Below, in pieces: positions 24,801-37,081 of a DNA stretch of 64,000 bases. This DNA comes from Chrysomallon squamiferum (Eukaryota > Animalia > Mollusca), in assembly GCA_012295275.1 (NCBI GenBank), contig CM022665.1, positions 682,001-746,000 of the forward strand, read 5' to 3'. Positions within the stretch are counted from its first letter, which is position 1, and each line of letters starts with the position of its first letter. The position numbers and the translations under genes were made by a program. The notes beneath the pieces were generated by a model that ran no database searches, had not been told where the DNA came from, and saw only the letters and a program-made list of their open reading frames with translations.

Positions 24801-27800
24801 AACGATACCTTTTGAGCGAAGTAATGCTGTTTCCGCAAACAGATCACAAAAAGCAGTCAGATTTATTTAGGACGACTACATCGTTAGCACTCTGCTAGCA
24901 TTTCTTTGTGCTGGTGTGTCACAAAGTACTAGCACTAGCAAATGCTGGGAGAGTATAGTACGAAATGCACTTCAACAACGATACGTAAACTGCACGGCCA
25001 TCATTTCGTTCGTAATCCGTTTTTTTTTTTTTTTTAAAGCGCTTGGTAATTTGAATTTTCGACGTCGAAATTTCTAATTAGTCCAATTAAGTAAACAATG
25101 CTTGATGTTTCAACCAAGTGATAACTAGCGGTTGTCAATGAGTCAATTCAAAATTCATTCACTCTCACTGTCAGCTCACTGCCTCATTTACGAAGTATAA
25201 GTAATTTCAGATACTTCTAATATCGTTGCAGATGCAGGCGTCGTCTCCAGTCACATCAGCTTTCAGGTATTATTTGCTTTTCTTCACATTTAGTTTTCTT
25301 CAACAGAAACTGTACGAGACAATTTCCTGATATGTTATTTCTAAACGTTCTGGTATTTGTTTCGTGCTCGTGACGTAAAACACAACTAGCACTAGCAAAT
25401 GCTGGAGGTTTATCGAATAGACAGCTACGCTTCCGAAACATCGCCGTCGCAAGTAGACGACGAAATGACGAAAACTTACGCATTACGTACATTAAGAGAA
25501 AGACATCATCAGTACTTTGCTTGTATTTGGTTGTGCTGGCGTTTCACGTTCTGCTAGCACTAGCAAATGCTGGGAGAGTATCGGATGAGCTTTACTTCAC
25601 AACTCTTCTACGCGCATCTTTCGAAACGTAATCGCAGGCATATTTTTTCTCAGTATTCGCCACGTGCTTGTGTGTAAACTGAGCTAGCACTAGCAAATGC
25701 TGGGAGGTAATCCTGCGGTGATTCTTCGCGTTTTTGGGACATCCGACCATCTGGTTGAAAGCCTTTCCTTTTTAGCTAAATTATGCTCAAACCGCTACCA
25801 GATCACAGAAGACACCACTCAAATTTATTTACGACCATCACGTCCTTAATACTTTGCTAGTATTTCTTGGTGCTGGCGTTTCACGTCTTGTTAGCACTAG
25901 CAAATGCTGGGAGAGTATAGTACGAAATGCACTTCAACAACGATACCTTTTGAGCGAAGTAATGCTGTTTCCGCAAACAGATCACAAAAGCAGTCAGATT
26001 TATTTAGGACGACTACATCGTTAGCACTCTGCTAGCATTTCTTTGTGCTGGTGTGTCACAAAGTACTAGCACTAGCAAATGCTGGGAGAGTATAGTACGA
26101 AATGCACTTCAACAACGATACGTAAACTGCACGGCCATCATTTCGTTCGTAATCCGTTTTTTTTTTTTTTAAAAGCGCTTGGTAATTTGAATTTTCGACG
26201 TCGAAATTTCTAATTAGTCAATTAAGTAAACAATGCTTGATGTTTCAACCAAGTGATAACTAGCGGTTGTCAATGAGTCAATTCAAAATTCATTCACTCT
26301 CACTGTCAGCTCACTGCCTCATTTACGAAGTATAAGTAATTTCAGATACTTCTAATATCGTTGCAGATGCAGGCGTCGTCTCCAGTCACATCAGCTTTCA
26401 GGTATTATTTGCTTTTCTTCACATTTAGTTTTCTTCAACAGAAACTGTACGAGACAATTTCCTGATATGTTATTTCTAAACGTTCTGGTATTTGTTTCGT
26501 GCTCGTGACGTAAAACACAACTAGCACTAGCAAATGCTGGAGGTTTATCGAATAGACAGCTACGCTTCCGAAACATCGCCGTCGCAAGTAGACGACGAAA
26601 TGACGAAAACTTACGCATTACGTACATTAAGAGAAAGACATCATCAGTAATTTGCTTGTATTTGGTTGTGCTGGCGTTTCACGTTCTGCTAGCACTAGCA
26701 AATGCTGGGAGAGTATCGGATGAGCTTTACTTCACAACTCTTCTACGCGCATCTTTCGAAACGTAATCGCAGGCATATTTTTTCTCAGTATTCGCCACGT
26801 GCTTGTGTGTAAACTGAGCTAGCACTAGCAAATGCTGGGAGGTAATCCTGCGGTGATTCTTCGCGTTTTTTGGGACATCCGACCATCTGGTTGAAAGCCT
26901 TTCCTTTTTAGCTAAATTATGCTCAAACCGCTACCAGATCACAGAAGACACCACTCAAATTTATTTACGACCATCACGTCCTTAATACTTTGCTAGTATT
27001 TCTTGGTGCTGGCGTTTCACGTCTTGTTAGCACTAGCAAATGCTGGGAGAGTATAGTACGAAATGCACTTCAACAACGATACCTTTTGAGCGAAGTAATG
27101 CTGTTTCCGCAAACAGATCACAAAAGCAGTCAGATTTATTTAGGACGACTACATCGTTAGCACTCTGCTAGCATTTCTTTGTGCTGGTGTGTCACAAAGT
27201 ACTAGCACTAGCAAATGCTGGGAGAGTATAGTACGAAATGCACTTCAACAACGATACGTAAACTGCACGGCCATCATTTCGTTCGTAATCCGTTTTTTTT
27301 TTTTTTTTAAAAGCGCTTGGTAATTTGAATTTTCGACGTCGAAATTTCTAATTAGTCCAATTAAGTAAACAATGCTTGATGTTTCAACCAAGTGATAACT
27401 AGCGGTTGTCAATGAGTCAATTCAAAATTCATTCACTCTCACTGTCAGCTCACTGCCTCATTTACGAAGTATAAGTAATTTCAGATACTTCTAATATCGT
27501 TGCAGATGCAGGCGTCGTCTCCAGTCACATCAGCTTTCAGGTATTATTTGCTTTTCTTCACATTTAGTTTTCTTCAACAGAAACTGTACGAGACAATTTC
27601 CTGATATGTTATTTCTAAACGTTCTGGTATTTGTTTCGTGCTCGTGACGTAAAACACAACTAGCACTAGCAAATGCTGGAGGTTTATCGAATAGACAGCT
27701 ACGCTTCCGAAACATCGCCGTCGCAAGTAGACGACGAAATGACGAAAACTTACGCATTACGTACATTAAGAGAAAGACATCATCAGTACTTTGCTTGTAT

Positions 27801-30800
27801 TTGGTTGTGCTGGCGTTTCACGTTCTGCTAGCACTAGCAAATGCTGGGAGAGTATCGGATGAGCTTTACTTCACAACTCTTCTACGCGCATCTTTCGAAA
27901 CGTAATCGCAGGCATATTTTTTTTCTCAGTATTCGCCACGTGCTTGTGTGTAAACTGAGCTAGCACTAGCAAATGCTGGGAGGTAATCCTGCGGTGATTC
28001 TTCGCGTTTTTTGGGACATCCGACCATCTGGTTGAAAGCCTTTCCTTTTTAGCTAAATTATGCTCAAACCGCTACCAGATCACAGAAGACACCACTCAAA
28101 TTTATTTACGACCATCACGTCCTTAATACTTTGCTAGTATTTCTTGGTGCTGGCGTTTCACGTCTTGTTAGCACTAGCAAATGCTGGGAGAGTATAGTAC
28201 GAAATGCACTTCAACAACGATACCTTTTGAGCGAAGTAATGCTGTTTCCGCAAACAGATCACAAAAGCAGTCAGATTTATTTAGGACGACTACATCGTTA
28301 GCACTCTGCTAGCATTTCTTTGTGCTGGTGTGTCACAAAGTACTAGCACTAGCAAATGCTGGGAGAGTATAGTACGAAATGCACTTCAACAACGATACGT
28401 AAACTGCACGGCCATCATTTCGTTCGTAATCCGTTTTTTTTTTTTTTTTTTAAAAGCGCTTGGTAATTTGAATTTTCGACGTCGAAATTTCTAATTAGTC
28501 CAATTAAGTAAACAATGCTTGATGTTTCAACCAAGTGATAACTAGCGGTTGTCAATGAGTCAATTCAAAATTCATTCACTCTCACTGTCAGCTCACTGCC
28601 TCATTTACGAAGTATAAGTAATTTCAGATACTTCTAATATCGTTGCAGATGCAGGCGTCGTCTCCAGTCACATCAGCTTTCAGGTATTATTTGCTTTTCT
28701 TCACATTTAGTTTTCTTCAACAGAAACTGTACGAGACAATTTCCTGATATGTTATTTCTAAACGTTCTGGTATTTGTTTCGTGCTCGTGACGTAAAACAC
28801 AACTAGCACTAGCAAATGCTGGAGGTTTATCGAATAGACAGCTACGCTTCCGAAACATCGCCGTCGCAAGTAGACGACGAAATGACGAAAACTTACGCAT
28901 TACGTACATTAAAGAAAGACATCATCAGTACTTTGCTTGTATTTGGTTGTGCTGGCGTTTCACGTTCTGCTAGCACTAGCAAATGCTGGGAGAAATATCG
29001 GATGAGCTTTACTTCACAACTCTTCTACGCGCATCTTTCGAAACGTAATCGCAGGCATATTTTTTCTCAGTATTCGCCACGTGCTTGTGTGTAAACTGAG
29101 CTAGCACTAGCAAATGCTGGGAGGTAATCCTGCGGTGATTCTTCGCGTTTTGGGACATCCGACCATCTGGTTGAAAGCCTTTCCTTTTTAGCTAAATTAT
29201 GCTCAAACCGCTACCAGATCACAGAAGACACCACTCAAATTTATTTACGACCATCACGTCCTTAATACTTTGCTAGTATTTCTTGGTGCTGGCGTTTCAC
29301 GTCTTGTTAGCACTAGCAAATGCTGGGAGAGTATAGTACGAAATGCACTTCAACAACGATACCTTTTGAGCGAAGTAATGCTGTTTCCGCAAACAGATCA
29401 CAAAAGCAGTCAGATTTATTTAGGACGACTACATCGTTAGCACTCTGCTAGCATTTCTTTGTGCTGGTGTGTCACAAAGTACTAGCACTAGCAAATGCTG
29501 GGAGAGTATAGTACGAAATGCACTTCAACAACGATACGTAAACTGCACGGCCATCATTTCGTTCGTAATCCGTTTTTTTTTTTTTTTTCTTTAAAAGCGC
29601 TTGGTAATTTGAATTTTCGACGTCGAAATTTCTAATTAGTCCAATTAAGTAAACAATGCTTGATGTTTCAACCAAGTGATAACTAGCGGTTGTCAATGAG
29701 TCAATTCAAAATTCATTCACTCTCACTGTCAGCTCACTGCCTCATTTACGAAGTATAAGTAATTTCAGATACTTCTAATATCGTTGCAGATGCAGGCGTC
29801 GTCTCCAGTCACATCAGCTTTCAGGTATTATTTGCTTTTCTTCACATTTAGTTTTCTTCAACAGAAACTGTACGAGACAATTTCCTGATATGTTATTTCT
29901 AAACGTTCTGGTATTTGTTTCGTGCTCGTGACGTAAAACACAACTAGCACTAGCAAATGCTGGAGGTTTATCGAATAGACAGCTACGCTTCCGAAACATC
30001 GCCGTCGCAAGTAGACGACGAAATGACGAAAACTTTACGCATTACGTACATTAAAGAAAGACATCATCAGTACTTTGCTTGTATTTGGTTGTGCTGGCGT
30101 TTCACGTTCTGCTAGCACTAGCAAATGCTGGGAGAAATATCGGATGAGCTTTACTTCACAACTCTTCTACGCGCATCTTTCGAAACGTAATCGCAGGCAT
30201 ATTTTTTTCAGTATTCGCCACGTGCTTGTGTGTAAACTGAGCTAGCACTAGCAAATGCTGGGAGGTAATCCTGCGGTGATTCTTCGCGTTTTTTTTGGGA
30301 CATCCGACCATCTGGTTGAAAGCCTTTCCTTTTTAGCTAAATTATGCTCAAACCGCTACCAGATCACAGAAGACACCACTCAAATTTATTTACGACCATC
30401 ACGTCCTTAATACTTTGCTAGTATTTCTTGGTGCTGGCGTTTCACGTCTTGTTAGCACTAGCAAATGCTGGGAGAGTATAGTACGAAATGCACTTCAACA
30501 ACGATACCTTTTGAGCGAAGTAATGCTGTTTCCGCAAACAGATCACAAAAGCAGTCAGATTTATTTAGGACGACTACATCGTTAGCACTCTGCTAGCATT
30601 TCTTTGTGCTGGTGTGTCACAAAGTACTAGCACTAGCAAATGCTGGGAGAGTATAGTACGAAATGCACTTCAACAACGATACGTAAACTGCACGGCCATC
30701 ATTTCGTTCGTAATCCGTTTTTTTTTTTTTCTTTAAAAGCGCTTGGTAATTTGAATTTTCGACGTCGAAATTTCTAATTAGTCCAATTAAGTAAACAATG

Positions 30801-33800
30801 CTTGATGTTTCAACCAAGTGATAACTAGCGGTTGTCAATGAGTCAATTCAAAATTCATTCACTCTCACTGTCAGCTCACTGCCTCATTTACGAAGTATAA
30901 GTAATTTCAGATACTTCTAATATCGTTGCAGATGCAGGCGTCGTCTCCAGTCACATCAGCTTTCAGGTATTATTTGCTTTTCTTCACATTTAGTTTTCTT
31001 CAACAGAAACTGTACGAGACAATTTCCTGATATGTTATTTCTAAACGTTCTGGTATTTGTTTCGTGCTCGTGACGTAAAACAAAACTAGCACTAGCAAAA
31101 GCTGGAGGTTTATCGAATAGACAGCTACGCTTCCGAAACATCGCCGTCGCAAGTAGACGACGAAATGACGAAAAGTTACGCATTACGTACATTAAGAGAA
31201 AGACATCATCAATTACTTTGCTTGTATTTGGTTGTGCTGGCGTTTCACGTTCTGCTAGCACTAGCAAATGCTGGGAGAAATATCGGATGAGCTTTACTTC
31301 ACAACTCTTCTACGCGCATCTTTCGAAACGTAATCGCAGGCATATTTTTTCTCAGTATTCGCCACGTGCTTGTGTGTAAACTGAGCTAGCACTAGCAAAT
31401 GCTGGGAGGTAATCCTGCGGTGATTCTTCGCGTTTTTGGGACATCCGACCATCTGGTTGAAAGCCTTTCCTTTTTAGCTAAATTATGCTCAAACCGCTAC
31501 CAGATCACAGAAGACACCACTCAAATTTATTTACGACCATCACGTCCTTAATACTTTGCTAGTATTTCTTGGTGCTGGCGTTTCACGTCTTGTTAGCACT
31601 AGCAAATGCTGGGAGAGTATAGTACGAAATGCACTTCAACAACGATACCTTTTGAGCGAAGTAATGCTGTTTCCGCAAACAGATCACAAAAGCAGTCAGA
31701 TTTATTTAGGACGACTACATCGTTAGCACTCTGCTAGCATTTCTTTGTGCTGGTGTGTCACAAAGTACTAGCACTAGCAAATGCTGGGAGAGTATAGTAC
31801 GAAATGCACTTCAACAACGATACGTAAACTGCACGGCCATCATTTCGTTCGTAATCCGTTTTTTTTTTCTTTAAAAGCGCTTGGTAATTTGAATTTTCGA
31901 CGTCGAAATTTCTAATTAGTCCAATTAAGTAAACAATGCTTGATGTTTCAACCAAGTGATAACTAGCGGTTGTCAATGAGTCAATTCAAAATTCATTCAC
32001 TCTCACTGTCAGCTCACTGCCTCATTTACGAAGTATAAGTAATTTCAGATACTTCTAATATCGTTGCAGATGCAGGCGTCGTCTCCAGTCACATCAGCTT
32101 TCAGGTATTATTTGCTTTTCTTCACATTTAGTTTTCTTCAACAGAAACTGTACGAGACAATTTCCTGATATGTTATTTCTAAACGTTCTGGTATTTGTTT
32201 CGTGCTCGTGACGTAAAACACAACTAGCACTAGCAAATGCTGGAGGTTTATCGAATAGACAGCTACGCTTCCGAAACATCGCCGTCGCAAGTAGACGACG
32301 AAATGACGAAAACTTACGCATTACGTACATTAAGAAAAGACATCATCAGTACTTTGCTTGTATTTGGTTGTGCTGGCGTTTCACGTTCTGCTAGCACTAG
32401 CAAATGCTGGGAGAGTATCGGATGAGCTTTACTTCACAACTCTTCTACGCGCATCTTTCGAAACGTAATCGCAGGCATATTTTTTCTCAGTATTCGCCAC
32501 GTGCTTGTGTGTAAACTGAGCTAGCACTAGCAAATGCTGGGAGGTAATCCTGCGGTGATTCTTCGCGTTTTTGGGACATCCGACCATCTGGTTGAAAGCC
32601 TTTCCTTTTTAGCTAAATTATGCTCAAACCGCTACCAGATCACAGAAGACACCACTCAAATTTATTTACGACCATCACGTCCTTAATACTTTGCTAGTAT
32701 TTCTTGGTGCTGGCGTTTCACGTCTTGTTAGCACTAGCAAATGCTGGGAGAGTATAGTACGAAATGCACTTCAACAACGATACCTTTTGAGCGAAGTAAT
32801 GCTGTTTCCGCAAACAGATCACAAAAAAGCAGTCAGATTTATTTAGGACGACTACATCGTTAGCACTCTGCTAGCATTTCTTTGTGCTGGTGTGTCACAA
32901 AGTACTAGCACTAGCAAATGCTGGGAGAGTATAGTACGAAATGCACTTCAACAACGATACGTAAACTGCACGGCCATCATTTCGTTCGTAATCCGTTTTT
33001 TTTTTTTTTCTTTAAAAGCGCTTGGTAATTTGAATTTTCGACGTCGAAATTTCTAATTAGTCAATTAAGTAAACAATGCTTGATGTTTCAACCAAGTGAT
33101 AACTAGCGGTTGTCAATGAGTCAATTCAAAATTCATTCACTCTCACTGTCAGCTCACTGCCTCATTTACGAAGTATAAGTAATTTCAGATACTTCTAATA
33201 TCGTTGCAGATGCAGGCGTCGTCTCCAGTCACATCAGCTTTCAGGTATTATTTGCTTTTCTTCACATTTAGTTTTCTTCAACAGAAACTGTACGAGACAA
33301 TTTCCTGATATGTTATTTCTAAACGTTCTGGTATTTGTTTCGTGCTCGTGACGTAAAAAACACAACTAGCACTAGCAAATGCTGGAGGTTTATCGAATAG
33401 ACAGCTACGCTTCCGAAACATCGCCGTCGCAAGTAGACGACGAAATGACGAAAACTTACGCATTACGTACATTAAGAGAAAACACATCATCAATTACTTT
33501 GCTTGTATTTGGTTGTGCTGGCGTTTCACGTTCTGCTAGCACTAGCAAATGCTGGGAGAAATATCGGATGAGCTTTACTTCACAACTCTTCTACGCGCAT
33601 CTTTCGAAACGTAATCGCAGGCATATTTTTTCTCAGTATTCGCCACGTGCTTGTGTGTAAACTGAGCTAGCACTAGCAAATGCTGGGAGGTAATCCTGCG
33701 GTGATTCTTCGCGTTTTTTGGGACATCCGACCATCTGGTTGAAAGCCTTTCCTTTTTAGCTAAATTATGCTCAAACCGCTACCAGATCACAGAAGACACC

Positions 33801-35863
33801 ACTCAAATTTATTTACGACCATCACGTCCTTAATACTTTGCTAGTATTTCTTGGTGCTGGCGTTTCACGTCTTGTTAGCACTAGCAAATGCTGGGAGAGT
33901 ATAGTACGAAATGCACTTCAACAACGATACCTTTTGAGCGAAGTAATGCTGTTTCCGCAAACAGATCACAAAAGCAGTCAGATTTATTTAGGACGACTAC
34001 ATCGTTAGCACTCTGCTAGCATTTCTTTGTGCTGGTGTGTCACAAAGTACTAGCACTAGCAAATGCTGGGAGAGTATAGTACGAAATGCACTTCAACAAC
34101 GATACGTAAACTGCACGGCCATCATTTCGTTCGTAATCCGTTTTTTTTTTTCTTTAAAAGCGCTTGGTAATTTGAATTTTCGACGTCGAAATTTCTAATT
34201 AGTCCAATTAAGTAAACAATGCTTGATGTTTCAACCAAGTGATAACTAGCGGTTGTCAATGAGTCAATTCAAAATTCATTCACTCTCACTGTCAGCTCAC
34301 TGCCTCATTTACGAAGTATAAGTAATTTCAGATACTTCTAATATCGTTGCAGATGCAGGCGTCGTCTCCAGTCACATCAGCTTTCAGGTATTATTTGCTT
34401 TTCTTCACATTTAGTTTTCTTCAACAGAAACTGTACGAGACAATTTCCTGATATGTTATTTCTAAACGTTCTGGTATTTGTTTCGTGCTCGTGACGTAAA
34501 ACACAACTAGCACTAGCAAATGCTGGAGGTTTATCGAATAGACAGCTACGCTTCCGAAACATCGCCGTCGCAAGTAGACGACGAAATGACGAAAACTTAC
34601 GCATTACGTACATTAAGAGAAAGACATCATCAGTACTTTGCTTGTATTTGGTTGTGCTGGCGTTTCACGTTCTGCTAGCACTAGCAAATGCTGGGAGAGT
34701 ATCGGATGAGCTTTACTTCACAACTCTTCTACGCGCATCTTTCGAAACGTAATCGCAGGCATATTTTTTCTCAGTATTCGCCACGTGCTTGTGTGTAAAC
34801 TGAGCTAGCACTAGCAAATGCTGGGAGGTAATCCTGCGGTGATTCTTCGCGTTTTTGGGACATCCGACCATCTGGTTGAAAGCCTTTCCTTTTTAGCTAA
34901 ATTATGCTCAAACCGCTACCAGATCACAGAAGACACCACTCAAATTTATTTACGACCATCACGTCCTTAATACTTTGCTAGTATTTCTTGGTGCTGGCGT
35001 TTCACGTCTTGTTAGCACTAGCAAATGCTGGGAGAGTATAGTACGAAATGCACTTCAACAACGATACCTTTTGAGCGAAGTAATGCTGTTTCCGCAAACA
35101 GATCACAAAAGCAGTCAGATTTATTTAGGACGACTACATCGTTAGCACTCTGCTAGCATTTCTTTGTGCTGGTGTGTCACAAAGTACTAGCACTAGCAAA
35201 TGCTGGGAGAGTATAGTACGAAATGCACTTCAACAACGATACGTAAACTGCACGGCCATCATTTCGTTCGTAATCCGTTTTTTTTTCTTTAAAAGCGCTT
35301 GGTAATTTGAATTTTCGACGTCGAAATTTCTAATTAGTCCAATTAAGTAAACAATGCTTGATGTTTCAACCAAGTGATAACTAGCGGTTGTCAATGAGTC
35401 AATTCAAAATTCATTCACTCTCACTGTCAGCTCACTGCCTCATTTACGAAGTATAAGTAATTTCAGATACTTCTAATATCGTTGCAGATGCAGGCGTCGT
35501 CTCCAGTCACATCAGCTTTCAGGTATTATTTGCTTTTCTTCACATTTAGTTTTCTTCAACAGAAACTGTACGAGACAATTTCCTGATATGTTATTTCTAA
35601 ACGTTCTGGTATTTGTTTCGTGCTCGTGACGTAAAACACAACTAGCACTAGCAAATGCTGGAGGTTTATCGAATAGACAGCTACGCTTCCGAAACATCGC
35701 CGTCGCAAGTAGACGACGAAATGACGAAAACTTACGCATTACGTACATTAAGAGAAAGACATCATCAGTACTTTGCTTGTATTTGGTTGTGCTGGCGTTT
35801 CACGTTCTGCTAGCACTAGCAAATGCTGGGAGAGTATCGGATGAGCTTTACTTCACAACTCTT

Positions 35864-36063
35864 NNNNNNNNNNNNNNNNNNNNNNNNNNNNNNNNNNNNN
35901 NNNNNNNNNNNNNNNNNNNNNNNNNNNNNNNNNNNNNNNNNNNNNNNNNNNNNNNNNNNNNNNNNNNNNNNNNNNNNNNNNNNNNNNNNNNNNNNNNNNN
36001 NNNNNNNNNNNNNNNNNNNNNNNNNNNNNNNNNNNNNNNNNNNNNNNNNNNNNNNNNNNNNNN
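35864..36063. other. Assembly gap (200 N)
   Basis: Run of exactly 200 Ns, probably a placeholder size; it interrupts an array unit just after H2. Confidence 0.99.
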
Positions 36064-36406
36064 AAATTAGGCAAACATTTTGACAGTCAACATTCCGAGC
36101 TATGGTGAGTCAACTTAGCTGGGAGGAAAACGCAAAGGAAAGCAAGAACTGCCATTATCTGTACATGCCAGCTGTTAAATGTAGATCAACAAGGTATAGT
36201 GCAGAGCCAAACATATAACAGTGTTAAAGAAAAGAGTTGGTTATTTTATGAGAAAACAAACAGAAGTGTTAATGACACTTTGAAGAAAGTTAAACAATAG
36301 ATATGTTAAAACTCTTGTTGTATGGCTCAAGTAAACACTTCGAGAGGATTTTTTTGATTTTTTAAATGCAGATATATCTTAAAACACTGTAAGTTACCCA
36401 GTGTAA

Positions 36407-36420
36407 TGTGTGTGTGTGTG

Positions 36421-36466
<46 letters not shown>
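36407..36466. repeat. (TG)n-(CA)n inverted microsatellite pair
   Basis: tgtgtgtgtgtgtg-tt-cacacaca... Confidence 0.9.
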
Positions 36467-36470
<4 letters not shown>

Positions 36471-36658
36471 ACTTGATGATCAGGTTTCTTATGGTAACAG
36501 AAATTTAATTTTATGTGTTTGTGAATTTTTTTTTATATTTAACAAAAACAAGATTAAAATAAAATAAAAATAGTAATTATAGTTTAGTGCACCATTCAGT
36601 ATGGATAAACACAAACAAAAACATAGAGACATATATATAAAATTACACAATCATGTGT

Positions 36659-36697
<39 letters not shown>

Positions 36698-36722
36698 AAA
36701 AATAAAGTATAAAAGAAGTAAT

Positions 36723-37081
36723 AAATACCTTGATTTACTCAAATAAGAAACACCCTGATTTATTAAACCATATAAACACCCTGATTTACTAAAAACATAA
36801 AACACCCTAATTTCTTAGAAACTGACTGATATACTAAAAACAAGAAACACCCCTTTGTACTAAAAACAGGAAACACCCTGATGTACTCAAAACAACAAAC
36901 ACCATGATATATTAAAACCAGGAACACCCTGATCTACTAAAAACAAGAAACATTGTGATTTACTAAAAGCAGAAACATCCTGATAAACTAAAAACTAGAA
37001 ACACCCTGATGTACTAAAAACAGGAAACACCATGATGTGCTAAAAAGTAGAAACTCTGATATACTAAAACTAGAAACACCC
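36723..37081. repeat. ~26-bp minisatellite, ~14 degenerate copies (AAACACCCTGATGTACTAAAAACAGG)
   Basis: Periodic aaacaccctgat...actaaaaac motifs. Confidence 0.9.

Larger units (their letters stand above)
14291..35863 (+). repeat. Tandem array of ~1.14-kb units (18 complete plus 2 partial), truncated by an assembly gap
   Basis: Unit marker tcagctttcagg recurs at 15001, 16139, 17273, 18407, 19542, ~20690, ~21834, 22974, 24115, 25256, 26391, 27530, 28673, 29814, 30956, 32094, ~33234, 34377 and 35512 (mean period ~1140). Units are near-identical apart from homopolymer lengths and a few substitutions. Confidence 0.98.
14291..35863 (+). ncRNA. Candidate amplified microRNA cluster: ~95 pre-miRNA-like hairpins sharing the 3' arm UAGCACUAGCAAAUGCUGG(GAG/AGG)
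   Basis: Five hairpins per unit with a constant 3' arm, divergent but complementary 5' arms, ~58-nt precursor geometry, G:U pairs that work only on the + strand, and CNNC at +17 to +19. Confidence 0.8.

Noticed and set aside
15001-35748. Repeated 60-103 aa ORFs in the array (e.g. MYVMRKFSSF...)
   Set aside because: No recognisable domain, frames differ among copies through homopolymer indels, and they are by-products of the repeat, mostly antisense to the hairpins.
14291-35863. CRISPR array (constant ~20-nt repeat separated by different spacers)
   Set aside because: The context is eukaryotic with no cas genes. Inter-repeat segments are ~110-440 nt and recur every 1.14 kb, and the repeat pairs with its upstream neighbour rather than being self-palindromic.
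14291-35863. 5S rRNA, tRNA, snRNA, histone or hammerhead-ribozyme tandem unit
   Set aside because: No such conserved sequences or in-register catalytic core were recognised in the unit.
35777-36083. ORFs crossing the N run
   Set aside because: Artefacts of the assembly gap.
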